A stretch of 64,000 bases of DNA from Eledone cirrhosa (lineage: Eukaryota), in assembly GCA_964016885.1 (NCBI GenBank), contig OZ024741.1, positions 198,896,001 through 198,960,000 on the forward strand, read 5' to 3'. Shown piece by piece: positions 1 to 12,874 of the stretch; position 1 is the first letter of the stretch; every line of letters starts with the position of its first letter. Under the pieces are notes generated by a model. That model was not told the DNA's origin, ran no database searches, and worked only from the letters and a program-made list of their open reading frames with translations. Made by a program: the position numbers and the translations under genes.

Positions 1-82
1 ACATACATACAGACACACACACACAGACACACATACACACCCACCCACCCACACCCACCCACACCCACCCACACCCACACAC

Positions 83-121
<39 letters not shown>
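1..121. repeat. (CA)n/(CACC)n followed by (TG)n microsatellite
   Basis: Direct reading of the sequence. Confidence 0.95.
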
Positions 122-123
<2 letters not shown>

Positions 124-442
124 TAATTGCCATGTTACTTGAGGAAGTCCTTAGCTTTCTTTGGAAAAAATGTTAACTATCTTTTAAATCATAATCACTA
201 TCTTATACAAAGTCTTCTTCTCTGGCCTTTTACTCAGTTGTACAATTGATGTTGAGAGTAAATCTGTGACTTATAAAACAGAATTAAACCACTTTCTTTA
301 CATCAGTACATTCAATAGCAACTCGCCAATCAAGCAAGAGCAAACATTTGCATGTAATTTAAATACAAAATCCAACAAACAAACAAAAAATTGGTCTTTC
401 TTTGTTGTATTTGTATATGTCTATGAAGTGTTTATGTATACA

Positions 443-1115
443 CATGTGTGAGTACTTGTATGTTTGTATATATACACACATGTGAGTGCTTGTATGTTTG
501 TATGTATGCAGATGTGTGAGTGTTTGTATGTTTGTATGTATGCAGGTGTGTGAGTGTTTGTATGTTTGTATGTATGCAGATGTGTGAGTGTTTGTATGTT
601 TGTATGTATGCAGATGTGTGAGTGTTTGTATGTTTGTATGTATGCAGATGTGTGAGTGTTTGTATGTTTGTATGTATGCAGATGTGTGAGTGTTTGTATG
701 TTTGTATGTATGCAGATGTGTGAGTGTTTGTATGTTTGTATGTATGCAGATGTGTGAGTGTTTGTATGTTTGTATGTATGCAGATGTGTGAGTGTTCGTA
801 TGTTTGTATGTATGCAGGTGTGTGAGTGTTTGTATGTTTGTATGTATGCAGATGTGTGAGTGTTTGTATGTTTGTATGTATGCAGATGTGTGAGTGTTTG
901 TATGTTTGTATGTATGCAGATGTGTGAGTGTTTGTATGTTTGTATGTATGCAGATGTGTGAGTGTTTGTATGTTTGTATGTATGCAGATGTGTGAGTGTT
1001 TGTATGTTTGTATGTATGCAGATGTGTGAGTGTTTGTATGTTTGTATGTATGCAGATGTGTGAGTGTTTGTATGTTTGTATGTATGCAGATGTGTGAGTG
1101 CTTGTATGTTTGTAT
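443..1115. repeat. 34-bp minisatellite, about 19 copies
   Basis: Unit GATGTGTGAGTGTTTGTATGTTTGTATGTATGCA; explains the 34-aa periodic spurious ORFs 359-1180 and 421-1125. Confidence 0.95.
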
Positions 1116-1209
1116 GCATACACATATATGTGTATATATGTGTGTAAGGAGGAAGACAATAGAAAAGTCCTAATCTTCATACAAACAATAAACTAAGCAG
1201 AAAAGAAAA

Positions 1210-1419
1210 TTTAAATATTTTACAAACAAGCCTCTTTGTTGACCATGTAGAGGGACATGCTGACATATATTCACAGCGATTTTGTATATTTCTGCAGTTT
1301 TTATCACAGAGCGTCATTTAAACAGTAACAAGAGTCTTTACAGAACTTTTACTCTCTAATGTATAACCGGTTTAATATAGGTAGAATATCATCTGTTGAT
1401 GTCAACTTTGTCTTTTATC
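1210..1419 (-). pseudogene. Possible decayed Cys-rich (EGF-like) exon
   Basis: Minus-strand acceptor ttactttag; frameshifted translation FCKDSCYCLND/LCDKNCRNIQNRCEYMSACPSTW; stops in all frames. Confidence 0.25.
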
Positions 1420-1779
1420 CTAAAGTAACAATTTGGTACTGGGGCCAATAGTTCCTATATCCTTTTCATACTTCCTCATTATCCTTCTCACTTTCACTCA
1501 CTCACTCTCTCTCTTTCTCTCTCTGTCTCAGTCTGTCTCTCTCTGGAAGAAATTGGTTGTGTTCAGACCTGAAGATGGGTATAGGCTCACCAGGTTTAAA
1601 ATGTATCATTACAACGCCCCTACAACTCCATAAAGAGATACATACATGATGGCTACATCTCAATTTAAAGAATTGTCCTGACCTGATCACCCCCCCCCCC
1701 CCTCACACATGGGTGGCACGAACATGACTCTTTAGCCCTGCTAAGGACTTACATTCCTTTCCTCATATGCTGCAGCATT

Positions 1780-2800
1780 AAACATTAATTCCACTTTGGT
1801 TCCCTGTTTTGTCTTGGTGAGTTTTTAAATGATGTTGGGGTCCACCAGCCAAGGCACATTGTTTTTCACACTTCTGACAGAAAGAAATGCCAAAGAAATC
1901 ACAATTGGCAGTATTTTGTACATGGTTTCTAAAACAAGCTTTACTGAAGCAAATCCGACCATACTCATTGCACATAAAGTCATTTTAAGCATCTCAAAAT
2001 CCAGGTAGAGTAATATTGTGTAGAACTTTAAGCATACTTTTCTTAAATTTTTCAAATTCTTCTTTTCCATCATCCCTATCAGCCGTATCTGGCCAGAATT
2101 TTCTCTCCTCTTTCTGTTCAAACTGGCTGTGACTGGCCACTCATACTGACGTTAACATATTGTTCTCAAAATAAATAACATCAAAGTTTCATAGATTCGA
2201 TATTATGTAAGATAATTATGTGGGGTGAAGCCTTTACCATGAAAATACAATAGTAAATATAGAGTAATGTAAATGCTAAAGGGTTAAACACTTTTATCTG
2301 CCAAGATGATCAATCTAAGGCAATGTCTTCCCAATTATCTTCTCTGATTTTTCACTTTATCAAAGCTCTTTCGATGCAGTTTTTATACCTGTGTTGTCTC
2401 TATATCTGAGTTTTGGTTTATACCTTGGCCATTTGTCTTTGACTAATTTAGGAATTGATGATCTGGCTTCTTACACAAAGGCCACTCCAGTACAATTTAT
2501 ATTGACTTATGAAAGATTTAATATTTTCAAAATTACTTCATTCCAGTACTTCAACATCACTCATATGTGATCGCTAATGGATGCTGAGTATTCAGCAAAA
2601 ACTCATACATACATGATGCCATCACTTGATACTGAAGCTTGAGCATCACAGATGTGGCTTTTTAGTCCTGCTAGGGAATTGCCTACAGCCAGCCAAGCAA
2701 TGCATCACATAAAATGTCACATATCAAGCGATGCCTGTGCTTAAAGCTTTTTTAAGTGAGGAAAGGCTTTGCACAGGGCCAATCCCACTCTCTGAACATT
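1780..2800 (-). mobile_element. Degraded RTE (BovB-like) LINE 3' portion, interrupted by a MITE
   Basis: Minus-strand remnants KLYWSG, IPKLV, NWEDIALD and C-terminal Cys/His finger-like CNEYGRICFSK and CQKCEKQC...HLKTH. Confidence 0.6.
2081..2287. mobile_element. Truncated copy of the TTAA/piggyBac-type MITE
   Basis: Ends ...gctaaagggTTAA and matches the internal sequence of the copies at 6882, 9512 and 11029. Confidence 0.8.
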
Positions 2801-2909
2801 GAATACATTTTCCCAAAAAGAAGAAATGGTGTACATCTTTAAATCCAAAAAAAGTCGCAGGTTATATATCAGGGTTACTGTCTCCTAGAGATGTATACAT
2901 ATGTACATA

Positions 2910-3668
2910 CTTTATTCCATGGCCGTTGACTCTTCTGCCCTTTGATGGGTCTTGTTTTTCATCCTGCAGAGTGTCCAATTTCCTCCTCTTCACCAGGCAA
3001 GCTTGGTGGGGTTGCTAGTTTAGTCAACGATAACCCGGCCATGCACAGATTGTACTGGGTTATATGTTACAAGTAGCACTGAAGAGAGACCTGACATACA
3101 TACATTTGTACATGCATACATACATACATACATGGTAGCTGCCAACTCGTTTTTGAGTACGGCCACTACTTTATATCCATGTAGGAGAACCCCTACCGAT
3201 GCGCTGAACGAGTGTGACTTTTTAGTCCAGCCAGCGACTTGAAAACTCTGGTACAAACACTACACTTGTGACAATTATTGACACATAGTGCTGGGCCCAT
3301 GGTACCATGTGACGACAAGTGCAGAGAGATCTCCAGATATAAAGCAATGCCTGTGCCGTGAAGCTTTTATAGTGAGCAAAGGCACTGCACAAAGCCAGTC
3401 CCACTCTCTTAACCAAGATGATATTTACCAAAAAGAAGAACAAGTCAACATCATTGGATACCATCAGGGTTGCAGGTGTTATATCAGAGTTTTCCTTCTC
3501 CTAGAATTCTGCCTTGACAAAGGCTAAGGGGTCATCTCTCCCAGTGATTTTGGATGGCCATTGGCTCTTAAGAGTTCCTTTGCCCTTTGACAGGTTTTGT
3601 TTTTAGTCCTGCAGGATGTCCAAAGTCACCCTCCTCACCAAGAAACCTTGGTGGGGTTGCCAGTTTAG

Positions 3669-3670
<2 letters not shown>
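2910..3670 (-). mobile_element. Dispersed non-coding repeat; inverted copy of 10950-11730
   Basis: Near-identical sequence in opposite orientation; identical spurious peptide CTCRHMVPWAQHYVS...FSSRWLD at 3222-3464(-) and 11262-11444(+). Confidence 0.8.
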
Positions 3671-3700
<30 letters not shown>

Positions 3701-3734
3701 CATACATACATACATAAATATATATACGTACATA

Positions 3735-4075
3735 GTGCTCTCCCACTTTTTATATGCTTGTGAGATGTGGAGACTCAGAGCACAATTACAAGGGAAAAAT
3801 ACTAACATTTGAAATGAGATACTATAGAAAAATTAGGGTTACCGCCTACATGGAACACATAAGCAATGAAAGCATTTGCACAGCAACCAGGCAGTATATG
3901 GGCAACTACAAAGGCTTGCTAACCACCGTAAAGGAAAGAAAATTGTGATGGTATGGTCATGTGACAAGATCTGATGGATTGACTAAGACCATTTTCCAAA
4001 GAACAGTTCAAGGGAAAAGAAAGCAACAATATTCAAAGAAAAAATGGGGGAATAACATTAATGAATGAACTGGTA
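3735..4075 (+). mobile_element. RTE-type LINE ORF2 C-terminal fragment
   Basis: KILTFEMRYYRKI...LLTTVKERKL*WYGHVTRSDGLTKTIFQRTVQGKR. Confidence 0.75.
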
Positions 4076-4199
4076 AAGGCTTTGTTGTAAGAAGTGAAGG
4101 TCCCTACCTTTGTGTCTTGACTCGTGTTTGCACTGAATCTCCCTGCATGATGCTCACTTGTTTTGTGTCTGGCCAGAGAACATAACAAAACTCACACAC

Positions 4200-6073
4200 T
4201 CATTTGCATAAGCATCCATACTTGGCCGCAGCACATGGACCAAAAGAGAGACCTGACCACATTTCTGATGTGACGTCGCTGGCCCCTCACTTCTGGCAAG
4301 ACTGCCTCTACACTTTTGGCTCCCTAGCCCCACATGTCCTCCCTGATCTCAAAGATCACCCAAGCATCTCACTCCGTTGCTCTGCAAAGTCAGGGTGGCA
4401 CTTTCATTCCCCTCTCCTCCGATGTCAATCAAATGAACAATTCTGCGGACATCCAAGATGGTACACAGCATTCTATTCACAGACACGTTGTCCCAGGAAT
4501 TTACAGCAGTTACTGTTCCCTTTCCACATTGAGTTGTGTAGTGCGCATTTGGGAGCTAGACACATACTTCCTTGCCTACTTGCATGAATGCATGCTCTCT
4601 CTCTTCTACAGATCATTGTAATAATGTGAAATGTGTCCCCTCTCCACTATGCTCTTGATTGTGCAATGGTGTCTCTCCATGATCCCATTTCCACTTAGCC
4701 TGAAGAAGAGGCTCACATTCCACCCATCGAGTATCTTCTTCAGCACCTCCAAGCAAAATGCCATGCTGTTATCCACCAACAGTTCATCCACAGGGCCCTG
4801 CTCCAAGAGTGAACATGAAGATTATGTGCACCTATTATCAAAGGTACCACAAGAGATTTAATCACAAATAAATTTGCTGAATATTGTATATTGTTACAGG
4901 TAATTTGACAATGTGTTTTACCTGAGACATGAACTTTTGATTTGTCTGCCATGCAGATAATATTTCGATAAGGCTGGATACTGAGGTTACATTTTAATGC
5001 CATGTCTTCAGTTATAAATGAGAGCTCAGATCCTGTATCAATAAGTGTTTCAATAGCATGTCTATTTATATGTGATATTATTTTATTTAGTTTATTTCTG
5101 TCACAAACTAGAGCTAGTATTGAACTGAATCTGAAGTACCATCTTCAACTGATTTATTTATGGTCTGTAGAGCTGCAATTTTCTGCTTAGACTTTGATTT
5201 GTTTTTGGCTAAGCATACAGATTTCCAATGCCCTTTCTTATGGCAGTTGTTGCAGATTGAATTTTTTGCAGGACAGCTTGAGCGTTCATGCCTTCGCCCT
5301 CTACAAAAGAGGCATTTGCCACAGATAGTTGATAACGATGATTGTACTGACACTGAAGATGGTTGATTTTCGTAGTGGATGCGTGATTCAGTGTTACCAA
5401 AACTTTGAGAGTCTTTAATTACTAACTCAAGTGTAAGAATCTGTTTATGAATGTGTAAGAGCCTTTCATCTGTTGATTCTAATAGTCTTTGCCTTATTTG
5501 TGGGGATAATAGTCCAGAAATGAAGGCATTACCAACAAGCATATCATGATGTTGATCAGCAGTTAATGGTTCAGTTGGAAATTTTCTTGCTAAATGTTTT
5601 AGTTCATTCATGAAGTTGTCAACTGCTTTCATGTTCTTAGTTTGTGATGCATCATTATGGCCATAGGTTGCTTATTAAACTTGTCATCTAGTATGGCAAT
5701 GGCTTGGTTGTAATTTACACAATGTAAACAAAAGCTTTGTGGCCACATAATACAAATAATACTGAGAGTTTATTCTCTTCCAATATTTCATCTTATTTCA
5801 GCATTCGCTTCCAGTAAAGATACTCTTCCTCAGTAGGACGTTCACTGAGAGTCTTCTTGATGAATTTAGCATCCATGCCAATGAAGATTGGAATAAATTG
5901 AGCATGACTAATTCACAGTAGTAAGAAGTTATAAGGCTTTATTCTAATCATCATTCACAATACAAAATTATGGCCACTTGCAATTTTTGTTGCCGGATTC
6001 ACATGTAACTATGTAGTCTGCACCAACTAATGTGGTGGCAGCTGATTGGTTGATTCAAATGAATTTCATAACA
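4200..6073 (-). mobile_element. Internally deleted Ty3/Gypsy LTR retrotransposon (LTR, gag, protease, integrase remnant)
   Basis: Gag zinc knuckles CLFCRGRRHERSSCPAKNSICNNCHKKGHWKSVC (5114-5632); protease IETLIDTGSE (~5025-5055); integrase GPVDELLVDN...NGIMERHHCTIK (4606-4806); short LTR starting TGTTATGAAATTC at 6073. Confidence 0.85.
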
Positions 6074-6074
6074 T

Positions 6075-6108
<34 letters not shown>

Positions 6109-6547
6109 CAGAGGCTAAAGAACACAAGACTTGCTGAAGAAGTAAATCCTTTGTTCTGTCGCCAAAAACCATTAACTTGCAGACCCCTGCAAGCGGAATT
6201 TGTCGATCTTGGATTTGCAGAAACCTAGCGCTGATGTTGTGTGCTGTATGTGATGTATATTGTGTGCTATACGATATGCATTATATATTGCATTTGGTCC
6301 CAGTGTTCTGTCCAGATCAGTCTAAAATCTTTTCCTGAGTCCTGTATTTTCGTTGCTGTGGTAATGCGGCTGAACTGCTGATCGCTATATTTGATTTGCT
6401 AAGCTGTCTAAACGTATTGTTATTACTCTGGGGTACTATTCCCATTCGAGTGCTAAAGCTACATACCGAATTTGCATTCGTTAGCTTGGCCGCAAACTAA
6501 AGCTTCGTTAATGCTGTACTAAAATTTGTATATATATATATATATAC

Positions 6548-6645
6548 GTTATGAAATTCGATTGAATCAACCAATCAGCTGCCACTATGTTAGTTGGTGT
6601 AGACTACATAAATTACGTGTGAATCCGGCAACATAAATTGCAAGT
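6548..6645 (+). mobile_element. Partial LTR of the same Gypsy family, opposite orientation
   Basis: About 95 bp reverse-complement match to 5977-6073. Confidence 0.75.
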
Positions 6646-6856
6646 CATGTAGGCGCCATGGTAAAAAGCATCCAGTATTCTCTGTAAAGGAGGTTGATGT
6701 TAGGAAGGGCATCAAGCTGTAGAAATCAAGCCCAAATCAGTTCTGTATGAGCAAGACATGGTCACCGGACCTGCCATTGCCCACAATAGGACAACCTGTC
6801 TAACCCATGCTAGCGTGGAAGAATGGATGTAAAATAGTAATGATGATGATGATGAT
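6646..6856 (+). mobile_element. RTE-tail-derived SINE-like repeat
   Basis: ggttgatgttaggaagggcatc...ccatgctagcgtggaa...(GAT)n; same 3' end as the RTE copies. Further copies near 9150-9430, 13825-14140 and 50141-50575. Confidence 0.8.
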
Positions 6857-6881
6857 ATATTGCCATCAGGGAAAATGGACA

Positions 6882-7108
6882 TTAACCCTTTAATGTTCAA
6901 ACCGGCCAAAACCAGCCAGGATTCTCTACCTCTTTCTGTTGAAACTGGCTGTAACTGGTCGCTCAAACTGATGTTATGGTATTGTTCACAAAATAAATAA
7001 CATCAAAATCTTATAGATTCGATATTATGTGAGATATTATGTGAGGTAAAGCCTTTACCATGGAAATATAATAGTATATATAGAGTAATGTGAATGCTAA
7101 AGGGTTAA
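6882..7108. mobile_element. piggyBac-type MITE (~220 bp)
   Basis: TTAA-CCCTTTA...TAAAGGG-TTAA termini. Confidence 0.9.
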
Positions 7109-7429
7109 ATAATGATAAGGGGGGTGTATGATATATATCAGTACATTAGTTAATTCAATGAGAAATTTTTGGCATTCCATTCAATACATAAAAACAGAGA
7201 TTACATTCATAGATATTTCATACTGTTTATAAATGTAGCATGTATGAACCCATAACATCTGATGGAGTCATAGGGATGTCATAGTGATATACACATGTCT
7301 TGGGCATTTTAAACCTGGTGGAATTCATCTCTTCCCCATGACTGAACACAACAAATTTTGAAGAGAGAGAGAGAGAGAGAGAGAGTGGGGAGGAGATGGA
7401 ATAAGAAAGGAATACAGAGAATGAATCAA

Positions 7430-7582
7430 CCTCAATATTGAACTGGTACTCTTTTTATCAACCTTAGGAGGATGAAAGGCAAAGTTGACCTCAATGGGGT
7501 TTGAACTCAGTGCCCAGAGAACTGGAACAACTATTGCAACACATTCTATCCAATATTCTAACAACTCTGTCAATTCACTGCA
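7430..7582 (-). mobile_element. tRNA-derived SINE with Nin/Deu-like domain
   Basis: Reverse complement of gagttcaaa...ctttgcctttcatcc...gataaaa..agtaccag. Confidence 0.75.
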
Positions 7583-7639
7583 CAAATGTAGTATACTTTC
7601 ATTTAACTATAAGACATTTATAAAAATGAATTGTGTCAA

Positions 7640-7798
7640 GTTTGCTTCTTTATATTCTACACAGACTGTTTCAGTATCCATAGTTATCTGCAGGATTGGG
7701 AGCATGTAACAGACATCACCATCAACTACCATTGAATTTTGGAACATTGATATTTGACTGATTGAATTAATAGTTCAATACAACTTAAAATCATGTGC
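7640..7798 (-). pseudogene. Decayed ADAMTS-type Cys-rich domain exon
   Basis: Acceptor caatttacag; frameshifted LSCIELL...QCSK / MVVDGDVC / NYGY*NSLC resembling LxC..C..DGxxC..C..GxC. Confidence 0.35.
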
Positions 7799-8723
7799 CT
7801 GTAAATTGGAAAGAATCCACTCCAATTAGTTTTTCTTTGAGGATGTCAGTTCATGTTAGTGATGGCTATATCTTATTAAAAATAAGGATTTTCTATCTTG
7901 TAAGAAGAATTGAAGCTTCTACAACATGTATTAGTTTTCAAAGTATCCAAGTCGTCACCGAGAATTTAAGTAGAGCCCTAGTTTAATTGCCACAAATCTC
8001 ATGACAATTCCATATGATTAAAGTGATTTTCTTATGTGGCTTTTCTATTCACACCTAGTAAAATTCAAGGCTTGAATTTACTATCACAAATTATATAGTC
8101 AAACACTCTATCAAATAACCACAAAATGTATCATTTGGCTGCTTCTCAAGAATTTAGAAAACAGGTTCTTAACTTTAGCTATTGTAAAATAAATTTCTCT
8201 AATGTTACATATGGTTACTTGATATTCTAATCAAAAAGAGGTATACTTTTATATGCTCTTCCATTATTCAAGACAAGATAGAGTAAATAAAATGAAATGA
8301 AAACAAAGAGAAGACACAGAGAAGCAAGAATAATCATTGAGAAAGTCATAGAATGTGTGATGAAAGAACTTTGACAGTCAAATATGCCAATTAGATAACT
8401 ATCTGGTTACTAAACTAACCAAAGTATGGATTAGTAATAACATAACCAAAGTGAAACTCAACTGGTGTGTGTGTTTTTATTAGCAGCCAATAGACACACA
8501 CATATATATATATAAGATGATGATCATCATTGTTTAATATCCATTTTTTCCTGCTAGCAAGGTGTGGACATGTAACAAACCACTTAGTACTCAAATGGAG
8601 CCTCTGACCTCCAGGTTTGCCGAGGGCCCAACATACAATCCAGTGATCTACTGTGTGCATTTTATCATGGCAATAACACTAGGGTTGTTGTCACATCTTT
8701 GGCATAATATATATAAATATAAC

Positions 8724-8941
8724 CTACTATGAAATTTGAGTTGATTTATATTATTAACTTTGTCTGTGTATGTTATTTCTGTGTGATATTTTCTTGGTGT
8801 CAAATTTGAAGTCCAATAAATGTACAATTCATAGTGGACAGTGTAGCTAATCATAGTTCCATTGATTTATCAACCCGTAGAGAATGTCAATAAAACCATT
8901 ATTAAATGTTATTCTGCAGTTTGGTTTATCATGGGTCAAAC
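8724..8941 (-). pseudogene. Decayed M12B exon beginning xLTHD (end of the zinc-binding motif)
   Basis: Acceptor aatttacag then gt ttg acc cat gat aaa cca aac tgc (LTHDKPNC); stops downstream. Confidence 0.4.
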
Positions 8942-9511
8942 CTGTAAATTCATTTTACAGAATCTTAATTTCCAGCTTTCATGTGAACTCAGTTCTTTAG
9001 TTACAGCATCAAAATGATAATAATTTCATTTTCTCCTTAACCTTTATTAGACTTTTACATTTTATTACAACTTTATCTGAGGAAATGGAAGGCCACCCAA
9101 TGCTTTGTTTCTCATCAATGCCTCCCTACTGTTGGTCCCTTGACAAAAATGTACCCAGCCCACTCTGTAAATTGATAGTGCTGGTGCAACAATAGAAAAC
9201 ACTCAGTGCTGGTGCCATGTCAAAAAGCATAGAGTTAAGGTGGTGGTGTCAGAGTCACAATAAAATGCTCCCAGTGTACACTGAACATGGTTGGCATTGG
9301 AAAGAACATCCAGTCATAGAAACCAAGCCAAAATGTAATGTATGAGCAAGACATGATCACGTGACTGGTCTAGCTTCAGAACGTGACAACCTATCTAACG
9401 TATGCAAGCATGGAAAATAGATGTTAAACAGTGACTCCTCTTCCATAAAGGCAACGTTTCTTAATTCTTCAGATGATGCTGTAGTTTTGTGATAGTCTAA
9501 ATCAGCTTGGC

Positions 9512-9739
9512 TTAACCCTTTAGCATTTATATTACTCTATATATACTATTGTATTTTCATGGTAAGGGCTTTACCTCACATAATATCTCATATAATATTG
9601 AATCTATGAGATTTTGATATTATTTATTTTGAGAACAATACCTTAACATCAGTATGAGTGGCCAGTTACGACTGGTTTGAACAGAAAGAGGTGAGAGAAT
9701 TCTGGCTGGATATGGCCAGTTTAAATGCTAAAGGGTTAA
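9512..9739. mobile_element. piggyBac-type MITE
   Basis: TTAA-CCCTTTAGCATT...AATGCTAAAGGG-TTAA. Confidence 0.92.
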
Positions 9740-10107
9740 GAATATCTATAGCACTGAGATACTCATCATCCTTATCGTTAAAAAATCATGTAGTAGGAGG
9801 TTTGTTGAGAGATATTTGGTTCCCATTTGACACCAACCCAGTTAAATCTGGTTCTGTTTCTGGTTCTATGAAACAAAAACTACCCATTCTAATGGGTTTC
9901 TATTTCAATTAAAATCTTCCAGCATAATTTTATATAAGAATCATATCTTAGTAATCATATCTTAGTAATAAATCATTTTATTAATTTTAGTAATTTTCTC
10001 AAAATTCATCATTAATCAATTGATGAAAGGGTTGAGCAGTGAACATGTATTGCTATTGGTACAATTTGTCATTAAATTTAGTCTCTACTCTGCCTAAAAA
10101 AACTTAC

Positions 10108-10337
10108 TAAAAATATGCAAATAATACAGTTTTAAATGTTTTGGCATTAGCTACACACATTTTCTGGCATACCAAATGGCACGAAATGACAAAATACTGA
10201 TCTTCCCAAATAACTTCCCCAAGAATAACTGTTCCCTTCTCAGCCCCTTTTTCTATAGTTGGGTAAACAGGACGTACAAATCTAAATTTCCTGTCCTCAA
10301 AACACAATACACATTTCAAGTGATTTGAATTTAAGGT
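10108..10337 (-). pseudogene. Exon-like segment of the putative M12B array
   Basis: Canonical tttacag acceptor and GTAAGT donor. One frame is open (TLNSNHLKC...GTVILGEVIWED...); an alternative frame at the 3' end gives LHIF, which splices to SLTHD in the 8941 exon. Confidence 0.45.
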
Positions 10338-10504
10338 CTGTAAATTGATTGTTCAGAACCAAATTTATTCAACTGTTTTGTATCTACTAATATGAGATAG
10401 TGTTGAGCTGTCAACAGTATTTGATCCAGGAAATTCTCTATTTAAATTAATTAGATATTTTACAAACTTTAATGAGGCATTTATGGCATGTTTATATAGA
10501 CTGA

Positions 10505-10949
<445 letters not shown>

Positions 10950-10950
<1 letters not shown>

Positions 10951-11730
10951 CATTGGATACCATCAGGGTTGCAGGTGTTATATTAGAGTTGCTGACTTGT
11001 TCTTCTTTTTGGTAAAAAATCATCTTGGTTAACCCTTTAGCATTCACAATACTCTATATATACTATTATATTTTCATGGTAAAGGCTTTACCTCGCATAA
11101 TTATCTCACATAATATCGAATCTATGAGATTTTGAAAGTATTTATTTTGAGAACAATACCTTAACATCAGTTTGAGTGACCAGTTACAGCCAGTTTAAAA
11201 CAGAAAGAGGTAGAGAATTCTGGCCGGTTTTGGCCGGTTTGAACATTAAAGGGTTAAGACTGTGGGACTGGCTTTGTGCGGTGCCTGTGCTCACTATAAA
11301 AGCTTCACGGCACATGCATTGCTTTATATCTGGAGATCACTCTGCACTTGTCGTCACATGGTACCATGGGCCCAGCACTATGTGTCAATGATTGTCACAA
11401 GTGTAGTGTTTGTACCAGAGTTTTCAAGTCGCTGGCTGGACTAAAAAGTCACACTCGTTCAGCGCATTGGTAGGGGTTCTCCTACATGGATATAAAGTAG
11501 TGGCCATACTAGAAAATGAGTTGGCAGCCACCATGTATGTATGTATGTCAGGTCACTCTTGAGTGCTACTTGTAACATGTAACCCAGTACAACCTGTCTC
11601 GTAGTTGGGTTGTCGGCGACTAAACGGGCAACCCCACCAAGCTTGCTTGGTGAGGAGGGTGATATTTGGACACCCTGCAGGATGAAATACAAGACCAGCA
11701 AAGGGCAGAGAAACTCAACAGAGTCAACGG
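10950..11730 (+). mobile_element. Dispersed repeat (partner of 2910-3670) carrying a MITE insertion
   Basis: Reverse-complement identity to 2910-3490 apart from the 11029-11257 insert. Confidence 0.8.
11029..11257. mobile_element. piggyBac-type MITE with demonstrable TTAA target duplication
   Basis: TTAA at both ends; empty site with a single TTAA at ~3409-3412. Confidence 0.95.
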
Positions 11731-12874
11731 CCATCCAAATAGTACTTTTTTTTTTTTTACCTGGGGGTGAAAGGCCCTCAGTTGTTGTCCCAACACGTTT
11801 CTAGGAGAGGAAAACTCTGAAAAAAAAAACCTCCGGCTTCAGAAGTATCCAATGATGTTGACCAGTTCTCCTTTTTGGCTTGGGTTTTCGATGCTCCAAG
11901 AGTGGGATTGGTCGAGTGCAAGGCCTTTTCCCACTTAAAAAAACTTTCAAAGCACAGGCATTGCTTGTTCAGGATCTGTTACGGGTTTGTGTGACAATCG
12001 ATTGCAGTACTCTTAGCAGAGTTTACAGCCATCATGTATGTGGGTATGTATGTATGTATATATGTTTGTGTGTATGTATGGAAGGAAGGATGGATGGATA
12101 GATGTATGGATGCACGCATGCATGTATGTGTATATCTTTACACGTACGAGTGTATGTATGCATGCAACCTTGTTACACCCTGTGTCACACTGAATCTCCA
12201 TGAGAACTATGGTAAAAGTACATGTATCTGTGGAATGCTCAGCCACTTGCTCGTTAATTTCCTGAGCAGGCTGTTCTGTTGATTGAATCAACTGAAATAC
12301 TCATCTTTGCAACCAACAGAGGTCCAGCACCCACACATGCATGTGTATGTATTTTGTTGATATATACTGGCTAGAGATATAAATATCTGTGAGAAAAACT
12401 AAATAGGTTAGACGAGTTGTCCTGGGCAGGTTGGTATCAAAAGGTTAAGCTACCATTTTCTATCATCTAATCATCCTACAAAACAATGGTATAATCAATG
12501 TTAGTATTGATTAAATCCATGCTAGCGTGGAAGATAGACGTTAAACGATGATGATGATGATGATGATGATAAGTATTAAGTGTTGTAGTAAAATAGATAT
12601 TAATTATCTGTCCTAGAATCTGTCAACCTCTATACAAACTGTGTTGTGTAGAAAAATATCATTATGAAGCGTTTCTCTCTTGATGAGATTACTTGGTGTA
12701 GTGTTAATATACAATATAGCTAAAGTTTTATTTGAGGGAGGGTAGAATGTTTTTTCTTTTTAAATTATGTTTAACGTAGGTTTTGTTTTGGAAAGTATAT
12801 ATTGTCTATATTATTCTTTTTGTATTTTGTCTACACTGCTTTATTTGTTAGTTTGGATATTATATAATATTAAA

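Noticed and set aside
359-1180. 273-aa and 234-aa His/Thr-rich ORFs
   Set aside because: Translation of a stop-free 34-bp minisatellite.
1778-1975. Host C2H2 zinc-finger gene
   Set aside because: Position and flanking motifs fit the C-terminal finger of a decayed RTE LINE.
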